Shown piece by piece: positions 16,735 through 25,787 of a stretch of DNA of 39,229 bases. Source of the DNA: Chromatiaceae bacterium (lineage in GTDB: Bacteria; Pseudomonadota; Gammaproteobacteria; Chromatiales; Chromatiaceae); assembly GCA_037385305.1 (NCBI GenBank), contig JARRNE010000023.1, positions 1-39,229 of the forward strand, read 5' to 3'. Every line of letters starts with the position of its first letter. Position 1 is the first letter of the stretch. The notes below the pieces were generated by a model. It saw only the letters and a list, made by a program, of their open reading frames with translations, did not search any database and was not told the origin of the DNA. Both the position numbers and the translations under genes were made by a program.

Positions 16735-18084
16735 ATGGCCTCCACCGACATCTCTGGCGTATTCACAAGCCGAAATCGCGACTGGGCGCAAGTCATCGGC
16801 CTGGCCGGTGCTTATCTGTTCTCCTTCTTCGCATTCCTCGGCACTGCTCCGGCAACAATAGGGACGGTTTTGTTCACTCTGGCCTTCGTGAGCCGCCTCT
16901 CCCATTGGCGCAGCCTGGAGGCCGATCGGCTGATGCAGCTCTGTCTGGCCTACACCGGGTACCTGTTGGTGCACTCCCTGATCTTCTGGCTGACGGCACC
17001 TTCCCCCACGCTCGCACAGGAAATCGCGCGGTCCGGCCGGGATTGGATTGCCCTTCTGCAATTCATCCCTTTCGCCTATTGGGTGGCCGGCCGGGAAGAC
17101 AGGGCGCAGCGACTCCTGTTTCTCGCGCTCGTCGGTTTCGCCCTCGATATCCTTCGCAACATTGATTGGGCCACCTTCAACGCTGCCTTCTTCAGCACGC
17201 GCTTCGGTGCAAACCTCCCAGCAAACGCCTTCGGCATGTTCACCGGGCTCGGTACCCTCGGGCTCGTGGCCATGCGTGACCGTTTCTGGCAATGCCCGCC
17301 GACCCGGGAGAGGCAATGGCCGTGGGTCGGCCTCTGGGTCCTGTTCGCCGTAGTCATGGCCGAAGGACTCGTGCTATCACTCTCCCGCGGATCCTGGCTT
17401 GCGTTTGCAGCAGCACTCGTGGTTCTGTTGGTGGCCGAATGGCGAGGGCGAGACAAGAACCAGCGGAGTAGGGTAGACATCGTCGGCACCACGGCATTGG
17501 TTGCGCTGATCCTCGCGTTGCTTGTCGGACTAAACGCGGGAAGCATCAAGGGGCGCGTTGCCGCAGACAGCGGCACCATCGATCAGATCACCCAAGGCAG
17601 AATCACGGCCCCCCCGTCTGGCTCCGGTGGTTTGCGCCTGCATGTGTGGCGGTTCGGTCTGGCGAAATGGGCAGAGCGACCCTGGTTCGGTTGGGGCGCC
17701 GGCTCGTCCTACTATCTCATCGAGCACAGCGGCAGACCCGACATACGTGACGGCGCGTTCTGGCTCGACCATCTGCACAACACGTATCTGGAGATTCTGG
17801 TTCAGCTCGGCGCCATTGGCTTCGGTCTCATCTCCCTCATGCTGTTGGTCCTGGTGCGCGGAGTTGCCCAAGAGTGCCGATCAGGGCGCATGTCCGGAGA
17901 TCTGTGTCGCCTGTTTGCCGCATCCCTTGCTTTCGTGCTCGTCTGGAACCTGTTCGAATACCGAGTGGTGAAGCACGACTGGACCTTCTTCTGGATCCTC
18001 TTCGCCGGAACCGCTTACAGCTTCAGGCTCCGAACGTCACGCGAAGGTGAGGCGACCGACCCCGCGTCCGGGCGTGCTTCGTGA
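16735..18084 (+). CDS. O-antigen ligase / O-antigen polymerase family (Wzy_C domain) membrane protein
   Basis: ORF 16675..18084 trimmed to ATG 16735. Polytopic membrane protein with LVLSLSRGSWLAFAAALVVLLV and the periplasmic-loop pattern HLHNTYLEILVQLGAIGF, typical of this family. Confidence 0.8.
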   Translation: MASTDISGVFTSRNRDWAQVIGLAGAYLFSFFAFLGTAPATIGTVLFTLAFVSRLSHWRSLEADRLMQLCLAYTGYLLVHSLIFWLTAPSPTLAQEIARSGRDWIALLQFIPFAYWVAGREDRAQRLLFLALVGFALDILRNIDWATFNAAFFSTRFGANLPANAFGMFTGLGTLGLVAMRDRFWQCPPTRERQWPWVGLWVLFAVVMAEGLVLSLSRGSWLAFAAALVVLLVAEWRGRDKNQRSRVDIVGTTALVALILALLVGLNAGSIKGRVAADSGTIDQITQGRITAPPSGSGGLRLHVWRFGLAKWAERPWFGWGAGSSYYLIEHSGRPDIRDGAFWLDHLHNTYLEILVQLGAIGFGLISLMLLVLVRGVAQECRSGRMSGDLCRLFAASLAFVLVWNLFEYRVVKHDWTFFWILFAGTAYSFRLRTSREGEATDPASGRAS

Positions 18085-19130
18085 GCCCGCGCCGACGGAT
18101 CCTGCTGGTGCGGCTCTCCGCCATCGGCGACATCGTCTTCGCGTCGCCCCTGGTGGCAGCCCTGCGCAGAGCCTATCCAACGGCCCACATTGCCTGGCTG
18201 GCTCAGCCTGAATGCCAAGAGCTGCTTGCGCATCATCCGGATCTCGACGAGGTCATTGTCTGGCCCCATCGGCGGTGGCAAGCGCTCTGGGAGGGTCGGT
18301 CCTGGAGGGAGCTCTGGCGGGAGATCCGGGGCTTCCGGCGGCTGCTGCGGGATAGGCACTTCGACCTGGCGGTGGACCTGCAGGGGCTCCTGAAGAGCGG
18401 GCTGCTCACCCACCTGTCCGCCGCCCCCGAGCGCATCGGCCTCGGCTCGCGGGAGGGCAGCCGGCTGCTCATGACGCGGGCCCTTCCCCGCGGCGGAGAT
18501 CCGGGCCGCATCGGCTCGGAGTATCTCTTCCTGGCGGAGCGCCTCGGCCTCCCGCTGAACGGCTTCGACATGGAGATCCACTACGCAGCCGAGGACGCCG
18601 CCTACGCGGAGGCGTTGGTCGCGGAATCGCTTGCCGGCGGAGCTTACGCGGTCATCTGTCCTTTCACCACGCGTCCCCAGAAGCACTGGCTCGCGTCGCG
18701 CTGGGCCGAGCTGGCGGGACGGCTGCAGGATGAGCTAGGGCTCCTCACCCTGATGCTCGGCGGGCCGGCGGATCAGGGTCCCGCGACGGAGATTCAACGA
18801 CGGGCCGAAGGGAAGCTCGTCAATCTGACCGGGCAGACCTCGCTGCTGCAGGCGGCTGCCGTTGTCGATCGCGCAGACCTCGTGGTCGGCGTGGACACGG
18901 GCCTGGGCCACATGGGCATCGCCTTCCGGCGCCCCACGCTGCTGCTCTTCGGCTCGACCCGTCCCTATCGCAACACGACCCGCGCCAATGCGCGGGTGCT
19001 CTATCATCCCCTCCCCTGCTCACCCTGCCGGCGCAAGCCCACCTGTCACGGTGAGTTCACCTGCATGAGAGAGATCGAAGTGAACGATGTCGTGGCCGCC
19101 GCTCGTGACCTCGTCGGGCGAACACCGTGA
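18081..19130 (+). CDS. GT9-family glycosyltransferase (LPS heptosyltransferase family)
   Basis: GTG 18081 overlaps the upstream stop (GTGA). N-terminus RILLVRLSAIGDIVFASPLVAALRRAYP...IAWL. C-terminal PCSPCRRKPTCHGEFTCMREI. Confidence 0.85.
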   Translation: MSPRRRILLVRLSAIGDIVFASPLVAALRRAYPTAHIAWLAQPECQELLAHHPDLDEVIVWPHRRWQALWEGRSWRELWREIRGFRRLLRDRHFDLAVDLQGLLKSGLLTHLSAAPERIGLGSREGSRLLMTRALPRGGDPGRIGSEYLFLAERLGLPLNGFDMEIHYAAEDAAYAEALVAESLAGGAYAVICPFTTRPQKHWLASRWAELAGRLQDELGLLTLMLGGPADQGPATEIQRRAEGKLVNLTGQTSLLQAAAVVDRADLVVGVDTGLGHMGIAFRRPTLLLFGSTRPYRNTTRANARVLYHPLPCSPCRRKPTCHGEFTCMREIEVNDVVAAARDLVGRTP

Positions 19131-20218
19131 GAGTGCTGCACGTGGAGGGTGGCCGCAACCTCTACGGGGGGGCGGAGCAGGTTCTGTACCTCTTGCGGGG
19201 ACTCAGGGAGCGGGGGGTTCAGAGCGCCTTGGTCTGCCGCGAGGGCAGCGCGCTCGCGGGGGCTGCGGCGCCTTTGGCAGACCTGTACCCGATGCCCATG
19301 ACGGGCGACCTCGACGTGCGAATCATCTCGGGGATGCGTCGCTGCATCCGCTCCTGCCGACCGGACCTGGTGCACCTGCACAGCCGCATCGGAGCGGATG
19401 TGATGGGCGGTATCGCCTGCCGGCTGGAAGGCATCCCGGTCGTGCACTCCCGGCGGCAGGACAACCCGGAGCACCGTTTGGCGGTCGCCCTGAAGTATCG
19501 GCTGCACGACCGGGTGATCGCGATATCGCGGGGAATCGGGAACGTCCTCCTTTCGGAAGGACTCCCGCGGGCCAAGCTCCGGGTGGTTCGAAGTGCCGTC
19601 GACTGGGTGCGCTTCGCCCGGCCATGCCGCCGGATCGAGGTATGCGCGAGCCTCGGGGTCCTTCCGCAGGCTCGACTGGTCGGCGTCGTCGCCCAGCTGA
19701 TCGAGCGCAAGGGACACCGTTTTCTCATCGAGACTCTTGCGCCTGTCGTCAGCGAATTTCCGGATCTGCGAGTCGTCTTCTTCGGTAAGGGGCCGGCGGA
19801 AAAGGACCTGCGAAGGCGCATTGCCGTGGCAGGTCTCGGAGATCACATCCTGCTGGGAGGCTTCCGCAAGGATCTCCCCGACATCCTCCCTTGCCTGGAG
19901 CTCCTGGTCCATCCTGCCACCATGGAGGGCCTCGGGGTCTCGCTGCTGCAGGCGGCGAGCGCGGGGGTGCCGGCGATCGCCAGCGATGCGGGCGGAATGC
20001 CCGAAGCAGTGCGTGACGGGGTCAACGGCCTGCTGGTCCCGCCGGGCGACGTCGCCGCGCTCGGCCGGGCGGTCTCCACCCTCTTACGGGACCGGGAGCT
20101 GGCCCGGCGGCTCGGGGAGGGGGGCCAGCAGCTGATGCGCCGGGAGTTCTCGGTGGACGCCATGGTGGAGGGCAATCTGGCCGTCTACCGGGAGCTGGTC
20201 CCGGAGGGCCGTCGTTGA
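19127..20218 (+). CDS. GT4-family glycosyltransferase
   Basis: GTG 19127 overlaps the upstream stop (GTGA). Starts MRVLHVEGGRNLYGGAEQVLYLLRGL. Also LVHPATMEGLGVSLLQAASAGVPAIASDAGGMPEAV. Confidence 0.85.
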   Translation: MRVLHVEGGRNLYGGAEQVLYLLRGLRERGVQSALVCREGSALAGAAAPLADLYPMPMTGDLDVRIISGMRRCIRSCRPDLVHLHSRIGADVMGGIACRLEGIPVVHSRRQDNPEHRLAVALKYRLHDRVIAISRGIGNVLLSEGLPRAKLRVVRSAVDWVRFARPCRRIEVCASLGVLPQARLVGVVAQLIERKGHRFLIETLAPVVSEFPDLRVVFFGKGPAEKDLRRRIAVAGLGDHILLGGFRKDLPDILPCLELLVHPATMEGLGVSLLQAASAGVPAIASDAGGMPEAVRDGVNGLLVPPGDVAALGRAVSTLLRDRELARRLGEGGQQLMRREFSVDAMVEGNLAVYRELVPEGRR

Positions 20219-21288
20219 GCACCCCCAGCAGCCTCCAGATGGTGGGAAGCAAGGCCCTGGGTGGGGCCGAACGCTGGTTTGTGCGGTTCGGAAATGCCCT
20301 GGCGGAGCGTGGGGCACCTGCGGAGCTGGCCATCCGCGCCGGGAGCCAGCTCGACCGTGTGGACCTCTCTCACCTGGCGGTCCACCGGCTCCCCTTCCTG
20401 ACCGTGTGGGATCCCATTTCCCGTGCCGCGGTCTCCCGCCTGATCGGGCGGCTCAAGCCGGACATCGTGCAGACCTACATGGGGCGGGCCACCCGCCTCA
20501 CCCGGCTCCGCCGTGGCGGTCCGATCCACATCGCCCGCCTCGGGGGCTACTACAAGCTCCACCCCTACCGCCGGGCACATGCCTGGATCGGCAACACGAA
20601 GGGGCTATGCGACTGGCTGGTCGCCAACGGACTGCCGGCCGACCGGGTGTTCCACATTTACAATTTCGCGGATCCTCCCCGTCCGGTCGCAACGGACACG
20701 TTGGCAGCTATCCGCAGAGAGCTGGGGCTGCCGATGGATGCCTGGGTGCTGATGACGCCGGGCCGCTTCGTCTCCTTCAAGGGACACCGCTATTTGCTGG
20801 AAGCCATGGCGCGTCTGCCGGCAGCGATCGACGGCCGCCCCGTGTGCCTGGTGCTGCTGGGAGCAGGGGTCCTGGGGCAGCGGCTGCGGACCCAGGCACT
20901 CCACGCCGGCGTCGCCGGCCGGGTCATCTGGGCCGGATGGCGCACCGAGCCCGGTCCCTTCTATCAGCTCGCAGACCTGGTGGTCTTTCCGTCCCTGGAG
21001 GAAGAGCCCATGGGCAACGTCATTCTGGAGGCATGGTCCTGGTCGAAACCCCTGGTAACCACCCTTTTCCGCGGTGCGCGGGAGATCGCCCGCCACGGGG
21101 AGGACGCCTGGTGCGTGCCCTGCGCCGACGCGAATGCACTGGCACAGGGCGTCGAGTACGTGCTGCGCGACCCTGCGCTCGGAACGGCGCTGGCCGTGCG
21201 CGGTCACCAGCGGTGCAGAGACGAGTTCGGCCGCGAGTCCATCATGAACCAATATCTGGACCTCTACCGCCACCTCGCGGGGGGCTGA
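20215..21288 (+). CDS. GT4-family glycosyltransferase
   Basis: TTG 20215 overlaps the upstream stop (TTGA); the alternative start is ATG 20239. Pattern GGAERWFVRF...VFPSLEEEPMGNVILEAWSWSKPLVTT. Confidence 0.8.
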   Translation: MSTPSSLQMVGSKALGGAERWFVRFGNALAERGAPAELAIRAGSQLDRVDLSHLAVHRLPFLTVWDPISRAAVSRLIGRLKPDIVQTYMGRATRLTRLRRGGPIHIARLGGYYKLHPYRRAHAWIGNTKGLCDWLVANGLPADRVFHIYNFADPPRPVATDTLAAIRRELGLPMDAWVLMTPGRFVSFKGHRYLLEAMARLPAAIDGRPVCLVLLGAGVLGQRLRTQALHAGVAGRVIWAGWRTEPGPFYQLADLVVFPSLEEEPMGNVILEAWSWSKPLVTTLFRGAREIARHGEDAWCVPCADANALAQGVEYVLRDPALGTALAVRGHQRCRDEFGRESIMNQYLDLYRHLAGG

Positions 21289-21363
21289 ACGGTGGACGGC
21301 GTTGCTGACTCCCCGCCGCGCCTGGTGTCTCCGCCCGCGGCCCTCGCCCCACGGAACCGCTTC

Positions 21364-21660
21364 ATGACAGCCCGAATCTCGATTCTGATGTATCACCAGG
21401 TGGGCGACCTCGCCCCCATGAAGGCTCATCGGGAAAACTGCGCGGAATGGTTCGCCGAGAACCCCGGCCGACCGGTGCCCCGCCTCATGACGGGGGACGA
21501 GCTTCGTGGGATTCGCGCCGAGGGGATCAGCATCGGCTCCCACTGCGGCGGCCACATGCGGCTCGGGGAGGCGGACATCGACACGCCGCGCCGGGAGCTT
21601 GGCGACAGCAAGTCCGCATTGGTGGAATGGCGGCGCCGCTTGGCCGGAGGGAGCGGCTGA
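21364..21660 (+). pseudogene. Polysaccharide deacetylase (NodB-type) remnant lacking the catalytic core
   Basis: ORF 21292..21660. Reads ISILMYHQVGD...(gap)...LMTGDELRGIRAEGISIGSHCGGHMRLGE...ELGDSKSALVEW and then stops. The expected TFDDG-type block between the two pieces and the C-terminal third are absent. Confidence 0.55.
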
Positions 21661-21662
21661 CT

Positions 21663-22970
21663 GTGGCACGGCTCTACAACCTCCTCCTTTACCTGCTCCT
21701 GCCCGCCGCCCTGCTTCGGCTCCTTTGGCGCAGCCGCCGTGCGCCCGCGTACCGCCAGCGCTGGCGGGAGCGGATCGGGCTATACGGAGGGCGGGACCTG
21801 CGTTCCGTCGCCTGGGTGCATGCGGTATCCGTCGGGGAGGTTCAGGCGGCGCAGCCGGTGATCAAACACCTCCTCGATCGCCACCCGAACGAGAGGGTGA
21901 TGGTCACAACCACCACGCCGACCGGCTCACAGCGGCTGCGCGACCTCTTCGAAGACCAGGTACACCACGTCTACACCCCTTTTGATCTTCCTCCCATGAT
22001 GAATCGCTTCCTGGACGCCGTCCAACCTCGGCTGGCGCTGGTGATGGAGACCGAGATCTGGCCGAACATGCTGGACGCCTGCGAGCACCGGCACATCCCG
22101 GTCATTCTTGCGAATGCGAGGCTTTCCGCTCGGTCGTGCAACGGCTACGCGAAGCTCGGGGGATTCACACGGGATACCCTGAGAGGGTTCGCGGCCATCG
22201 CGGCCCAAGGCCCCGACGACGCCGCCCGCTTTCGCGGCCTGGGGGCCCCGGCCGAGCGGGTTCTGGTGACCGGCAGCATCAAGTTCGACGTCCGCCAGCC
22301 GGGTAGCCTGCTGGAGCAGGCGGAGGCACTGCGCCATGCCTGGGGCGCCCACCGGCCGGTCTGGGTGGCCGCCAGCACCCACGAAGGCGAAGAGGAGCAG
22401 ATCCTTCGGGTCCATCGGCGGCTCCGACGGCACCATCCGACGGCCCTGCTGGTGCTGGTGCCCCGTCACCCGGAGCGGTTCGACCGGGTGGCAGCCCTGG
22501 CGCTGCGGCGGCGTCTGTCCCTGGTCCGCCGGTCGACCGGCGAGCCCTGCGGACCCAATGTGGACGTGCTGCTTGGGGACACCATGGGCGAGCTGCCGGT
22601 ATTCCTGGCTGCCGGGGACGCGGCCTTTATCGGCGGCAGCTTGGTGCCGGTGGGCGGGCACAACCTGCTCGAAGCGGCAGCGGTGGGAGTGCCGGTCACG
22701 ATGGGCCCACACACCTTCAACTTCGCCCAGATCACACGGCTCCTGATCCAGGAGGGGGCCGCGATCCAGATCTCGGACGCGGACGAGCTCGCCGAATGCA
22801 TGAGCAGCTGGCTCGGAGACGCCGCGGCAAGGACGGCGATCGGGGAGAACGGACGGCGGGTGGTGGAGGAGAACCGGGGTGCCCTCCAGCGGCTCCTCGC
22901 CATCGTGGACAACCACGACGCGGCGGCGGCCCGGACTCACGGGCCAGCAGGCGTCGCCACCGGCCGCTGA
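21663..22970 (+). CDS. waaA: 3-deoxy-D-manno-octulosonic acid (Kdo) transferase
   Basis: ORF 21447..22970. GTG 21663 gives (M)ARLYNLLLYLLLPAALLRLLWRSRRAPAYRQRWRERIGLYG. This lines up with the E. coli WaaA N-terminus as I remember it. ATG 21627 is the alternative start. Also HAVSVGEV, METEIWPN and GGSLVPVGGHNLLEAA. Confidence 0.9.
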   Translation: MARLYNLLLYLLLPAALLRLLWRSRRAPAYRQRWRERIGLYGGRDLRSVAWVHAVSVGEVQAAQPVIKHLLDRHPNERVMVTTTTPTGSQRLRDLFEDQVHHVYTPFDLPPMMNRFLDAVQPRLALVMETEIWPNMLDACEHRHIPVILANARLSARSCNGYAKLGGFTRDTLRGFAAIAAQGPDDAARFRGLGAPAERVLVTGSIKFDVRQPGSLLEQAEALRHAWGAHRPVWVAASTHEGEEEQILRVHRRLRRHHPTALLVLVPRHPERFDRVAALALRRRLSLVRRSTGEPCGPNVDVLLGDTMGELPVFLAAGDAAFIGGSLVPVGGHNLLEAAAVGVPVTMGPHTFNFAQITRLLIQEGAAIQISDADELAECMSSWLGDAAARTAIGENGRRVVEENRGALQRLLAIVDNHDAAAARTHGPAGVATGR

Positions 22971-23011
22971 CCCCTGCCAACCAAAGCCGGCAGCAGTCCC
23001 GGCGGAGCCCG

Positions 23012-23590
23012 CTATTTGAAGAGCTTCGAGACCACCCTGAACTTCTCGTGGGTGGAGTCCCCCAACCACTCGAAGGCGACCGATACAGTGTTGGTCATAT
23101 GGATACCGCAGTGGCGCATGCGCTCCAGGGCGTTGTCCCGATTGCTGGAGTGACGGGAGCAAACCGCATCCGCTGCGACGAACACCTGGAACCCCCATCG
23201 CTGCAGCCCCGAGGCGGTCTGCAGGATGCAGATGTGCGCCTCCATGCCGACCAGAACCACTTGCTTGCGCTTTGGCTCCCGCATGAGATTGCGCTCGAAT
23301 CCGAACGCCGTGCAGCAGGAGAACCCTGTCTTCTCCGTGGGAACCACATCCTCGGGCATGCGCTCGCGGATGGACTCGACGATGGGACCAAGGCCCTGCG
23401 GATACTGCTCAGTGGCGGTGATGGGGACGCCCAAGGCACGCGCCGCCTCGATGAGCCGATTGATGTTGGCTACAGTGGCGGCGAGGTCGTCCTTTCGCAT
23501 GGCGGCCGCGAGCCCCTCCTGGGAATCGATGATGAGGAGCTGCGCATAGTTCGCGAAACACAGGGGAAGTGGGGCCTGATGGGTGCTCAC
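23012..23590 (-). CDS. Isochorismatase-family hydrolase
   Basis: ORF 23012..23647 trimmed to the GTG at 23590, with AGGAG 8 nt upstream. Pattern LLIIDSQEG...VVLVGMEAHICILQTA...VFVAADAVCS. Confidence 0.8.
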   Translation of the reverse strand: MSTHQAPLPLCFANYAQLLIIDSQEGLAAAMRKDDLAATVANINRLIEAARALGVPITATEQYPQGLGPIVESIRERMPEDVVPTEKTGFSCCTAFGFERNLMREPKRKQVVLVGMEAHICILQTASGLQRWGFQVFVAADAVCSRHSSNRDNALERMRHCGIHMTNTVSVAFEWLGDSTHEKFRVVSKLFK

Positions 23591-23643
23591 GGCAGTACTC
23601 CTGAGAGTTGATCGGCCGCGCATCCGGCCGAGGGGCTGATGGA

Positions 23644-23964
23644 TCAATAGGTCGGCATTTCGGGATCCACGTCCCGGGCCCAGGCGGAGACACCGCCCTG
23701 AAGGTTAGTGACATGCCGGAAACCTTGGTGGTCCAGGAAAAGCGCCACCTGCTGACTTCGTATCCCGTGGTGGCAGATGACTACCGTCTCCCGCTCCCGG
23801 TCGAGCTCCCCCAGGCGACGCACGATCTGGCTCATGGGTATGAGCTCGGAGCCCTCGATCCGGCAGATGGCGAGCTCCCAGGATTCGCGAACATCCAGTA
23901 GCAGCGGGCAGTCTCCCCGCTGCAGACGTGCATGGAGGTCCAGGGGTGTGATCTGCTGCAACAC
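23644..23964 (-). CDS. Single-domain rhodanese-like sulfurtransferase
   Basis: 106-aa ORF. LLLDVRESWE, active-site loop ICHHGIRS, and NLQGGVSAW. Confidence 0.85.
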   Translation of the reverse strand: MLQQITPLDLHARLQRGDCPLLLDVRESWELAICRIEGSELIPMSQIVRRLGELDRERETVVICHHGIRSQQVALFLDHQGFRHVTNLQGGVSAWARDVDPEMPTY

Positions 23965-23979
23965 ACTGAGTCCGAGCGA

Positions 23980-24645
23980 TCAAAACACGAAACGGACCGG
24001 CTCGGGGACGTTCTCGAGCCGGGGAACGGCGGTCTCGAAAAGGGCATCCCGCCGGAAGACGTCCCTGCGCAGGCGGGTCACCAGGATCGCCTCCATCACC
24101 GGCGGCTCGCCAATCACCGCGAACAGGCGACCCCCGAGGGAGAGCTGCTCCTGCAAGCTGGCCACAGCCTCCTCGTGGGGCAGCGAGCCGGTCACCGCGA
24201 TGACGTCGAACGGATAGCCCTCCACCGGCCCCGAGAATGCGTCGCCCACCCGCACCTCGAATCGGTGCAGTCCCAGGGCGGTGAGATTCGCCTGCGCCTG
24301 CTCCGCGAGTCCCGGGTCGATCTCCAGGCCCACCACCCGGTCGCCGAGACGACATAGGCAGGCGGTGACATAACCGGTGCCCGTGCCGATCTCGAGGATC
24401 CGATCCACGGGCTGGATATTCAGCGCCTGCAGCATACGCCCCACCACCTTGGGCGCCAACATGGTCTCGCCCGCGCCGATATGCGCCTCGATATCGGCGT
24501 ACGCGAGGCCCTGGTACGCGTCGGGCACAAACCGCTCCCGCGGTGTCTCCTCGAGTACCGCGAGGACCCGCTCATCCGTGACGTTCCAGGGGCGGACCTG
24601 CTGTTGGATCATGTTGAAGCGGGCGCGCTCGAGACTGTTCTCCAT
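23980..24645 (-). CDS. Protein-L-isoaspartate O-methyltransferase-family (PIMT-like) methyltransferase
   Basis: ORF 23980..24735 trimmed to the ATG at 24645 (MENSLERARFNMIQQQVRPW...). SAM-binding ILEIGTGTGYVTA. Confidence 0.8.
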   Translation of the reverse strand: MENSLERARFNMIQQQVRPWNVTDERVLAVLEETPRERFVPDAYQGLAYADIEAHIGAGETMLAPKVVGRMLQALNIQPVDRILEIGTGTGYVTACLCRLGDRVVGLEIDPGLAEQAQANLTALGLHRFEVRVGDAFSGPVEGYPFDVIAVTGSLPHEEAVASLQEQLSLGGRLFAVIGEPPVMEAILVTRLRRDVFRRDALFETAVPRLENVPEPVRFVF

Positions 24646-24727
24646 GGATCGCTCACTGCAATAACCCCGACGTGGACAGGGGGCAAGACTACTTGCGAAT
24701 GGGCGTCCCGGCAAGTTGCGGCAAGCC

Positions 24728-25786
24728 TTAGACAATGGCGGGCTCGGGGCCGAGCCCGTCGTCCAGGTCCTCGTCCAGGGCGCTTTGGAACCGCTCCACC
24801 GTCTCCGCCGCGACCTCCGGCTTGCCGAAGCGGGCGATGTGGTACAGAGCCTCCCCCTCGGTCACCAGCGGCAGATTGGTGCGGCTGATGACCACCCCGC
24901 CCACCGGGGCAAGCACCGGGTCCTCGAGGCGGCGGAAAGGGTCGGTGATAATCCCGAGGCGGTCCCCTTTCTTGACGTGCGCACCCAGGGGTGTGAGTGA
25001 GCGCAGCACCCCGCTCTGGTGGGCGCGCACCCATCCGCTCGAGCGCGCGACGACCGGGTTGGCGCCAAGCGGACCGCGACGACCGACGCCGCTGCGGATC
25101 ATGCCCAGGTGGCGCATGACGCAGAGGACACCCCGCAGGCCCGCCCGAATGGCCAGCTCGTCGAAGCGCAGGGCTTCTCCCGCCTCGTAGACGAGCACCG
25201 GAATACCCCGCGCGACCGCCTCCGCTCGGAGCGAGCCGTCGCGCAGGTCGGAGTTCAGGATCACCGGGGCACCGAATCGCCGCGCAAGCTCCAGCATCGC
25301 CGAATCGTCGTCGAGGGCCGCGCGCACCTGGGGCAGGTTGTCCCGGTGCTGGCCCCCCGTATGCAGGTCGACGCCGTGCGTGCTGCGGCCCAGGACCTCG
25401 CGGACGAACGTGAAGGCCAACCGGGCCGCCAGGGAGCCGGTCTCGGAGCCGGGGAACGACCGGTTCAGGTCGCGCCGGTCCGGCAGATAGCGGGACTGGC
25501 GGACGAATCCGTAGACGTTGACCACAGGCACCGCCAGTAGGGTACCGCGCAGACGGCGCAGGGCTCGGGCGGTCATGAGCCTGCGGATGATCTCCACCCC
25601 GTTGATCTCGTCGCCGTGGATTGCGGCGCTGACGAAGAGACAGGGCCCTTCCCGATGACCCCGCACGACCTGCACCGGCAGGTAGACCGGCGACTGGGTA
25701 TAGAGACTGGGGAGCGGGACATTGATGTTGACCTCCTCCCCAGGGAGGACCTCCTGCCCGCCAATGACCAGACTGGCCGCGGTCAC
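24728..25786 (-). CDS. Succinylglutamate desuccinylase / aspartoacylase-family zinc deacylase (COG3608 type)
   Basis: GTG at 25786 lies 1 nt after the rimK stop. CLFVSAAIHGDEINGVEI is an HxxE zinc motif typical of the M14-like AstE/AspA fold. Confidence 0.8.
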   Translation of the reverse strand: MTAASLVIGGQEVLPGEEVNINVPLPSLYTQSPVYLPVQVVRGHREGPCLFVSAAIHGDEINGVEIIRRLMTARALRRLRGTLLAVPVVNVYGFVRQSRYLPDRRDLNRSFPGSETGSLAARLAFTFVREVLGRSTHGVDLHTGGQHRDNLPQVRAALDDDSAMLELARRFGAPVILNSDLRDGSLRAEAVARGIPVLVYEAGEALRFDELAIRAGLRGVLCVMRHLGMIRSGVGRRGPLGANPVVARSSGWVRAHQSGVLRSLTPLGAHVKKGDRLGIITDPFRRLEDPVLAPVGGVVISRTNLPLVTEGEALYHIARFGKPEVAAETVERFQSALDEDLDDGLGPEPAIV

Positions 25787-25787
25787 T

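Noticed and set aside
18081-20218. A chain of 4-nt start/stop overlaps (GTGA at 18081, GTGA at 19127, TTGA at 20215; also ATGA at 4265 and GTGA at 9563).
   Set aside because: The overlaps are real but ordinary translational coupling in compact high-GC operons. They are useful for start-site choice but not a novel feature.
19046-23198. Long antisense ORFs across the plus-strand GT and waaA genes (19046..19912, 20605..21669, 21927..23198).
   Set aside because: No recognisable motifs and biased composition. The opposite strand carries motif-supported genes with coupled start/stop overlaps.
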